A DNA stretch of 63,650 nucleotides, filler included, from Collodictyon triciliatum (lineage: Eukaryota): NCBI GenBank assembly GCA_043381765.1. It is 4 parts of 4 records of this genome, joined end to end, with 100 filler letters (N's around TTAATTAATTAA, not from the genome) between each part and the next. Parts side by side here need not be neighbours in the genome. Positions count along the whole stretch, not along the records: positions 49,105 to 63,650 come from JBHJMP010001497.1; 3 more parts are not named here. The stretch is one strand, 5' to 3'. The position numbers were made by a program, and so were the translations under genes. Shown piece by piece: positions 63,519 through 63,650 of the stretch. Within the stretch, counting starts at the first letter, position 1; each line of letters starts with the position of its first letter. The notes below the pieces were generated by a model. The model saw nothing but the letters and a program-made list of their open reading frames with translations, searched no databases and was not told where the DNA came from.

Positions 63519-63650
63519 GTTCGACAGTCCCAGTATAAGCATGCAAAAGGGAATACGAAACTGCAGGAAAGCACCCCCCCCCCCCCCATATTCTTAAGAC
63601 TACAATTTTATAGTTTTAGGTAGTTCATTTGTTGGGATGGTTAGATTTGA

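Overview
AT-rich, very intron-dense eukaryotic DNA, probably from a protist, using the standard genetic code. The window is at least four unrelated contigs joined by artificial 100-nt spacers (N44-TTAATTAATTAA-N44 at 17091, 31848 and 49005), so gene order across those points is meaningless. Spliced genes reconstructed by hand: a DNAJB12/14-type J-protein, a quinone oxidoreductase, a long coiled-coil protein, NUDT1/MTH1, an aromatic amino acid decarboxylase, a PRELI-domain protein, DNA ligase I (5' part missing), an HLTF/Rad5-like HIRAN-SNF2-RING helicase and a SIRT1-like sirtuin. Main stand-outs: (1) an uninterrupted 2598-codon NLR-like STAND ORF (helical region, NACHT-like NTPase, pentapeptide repeats, WD40, 12 Sel1 repeats). 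(2) A retroelement block at about 36.3-49 kb with a 5'-truncated Tx1/L1-like LINE, an orphan ORF1, and a tRNA-derived SINE whose 3' tail is shared with that LINE. (3) A divergent intronless di-ubiquitin inside that block. (4) Unusual splicing: about 10 introns per kb of CDS, degenerate donors, many AAG acceptors, up to five GC-AG introns and a 10-nt microexon. (5) A multi-pass membrane reading frame broken only by in-frame TAA/TAG. All assignments come from manual translation and motif recall; no searches were run.
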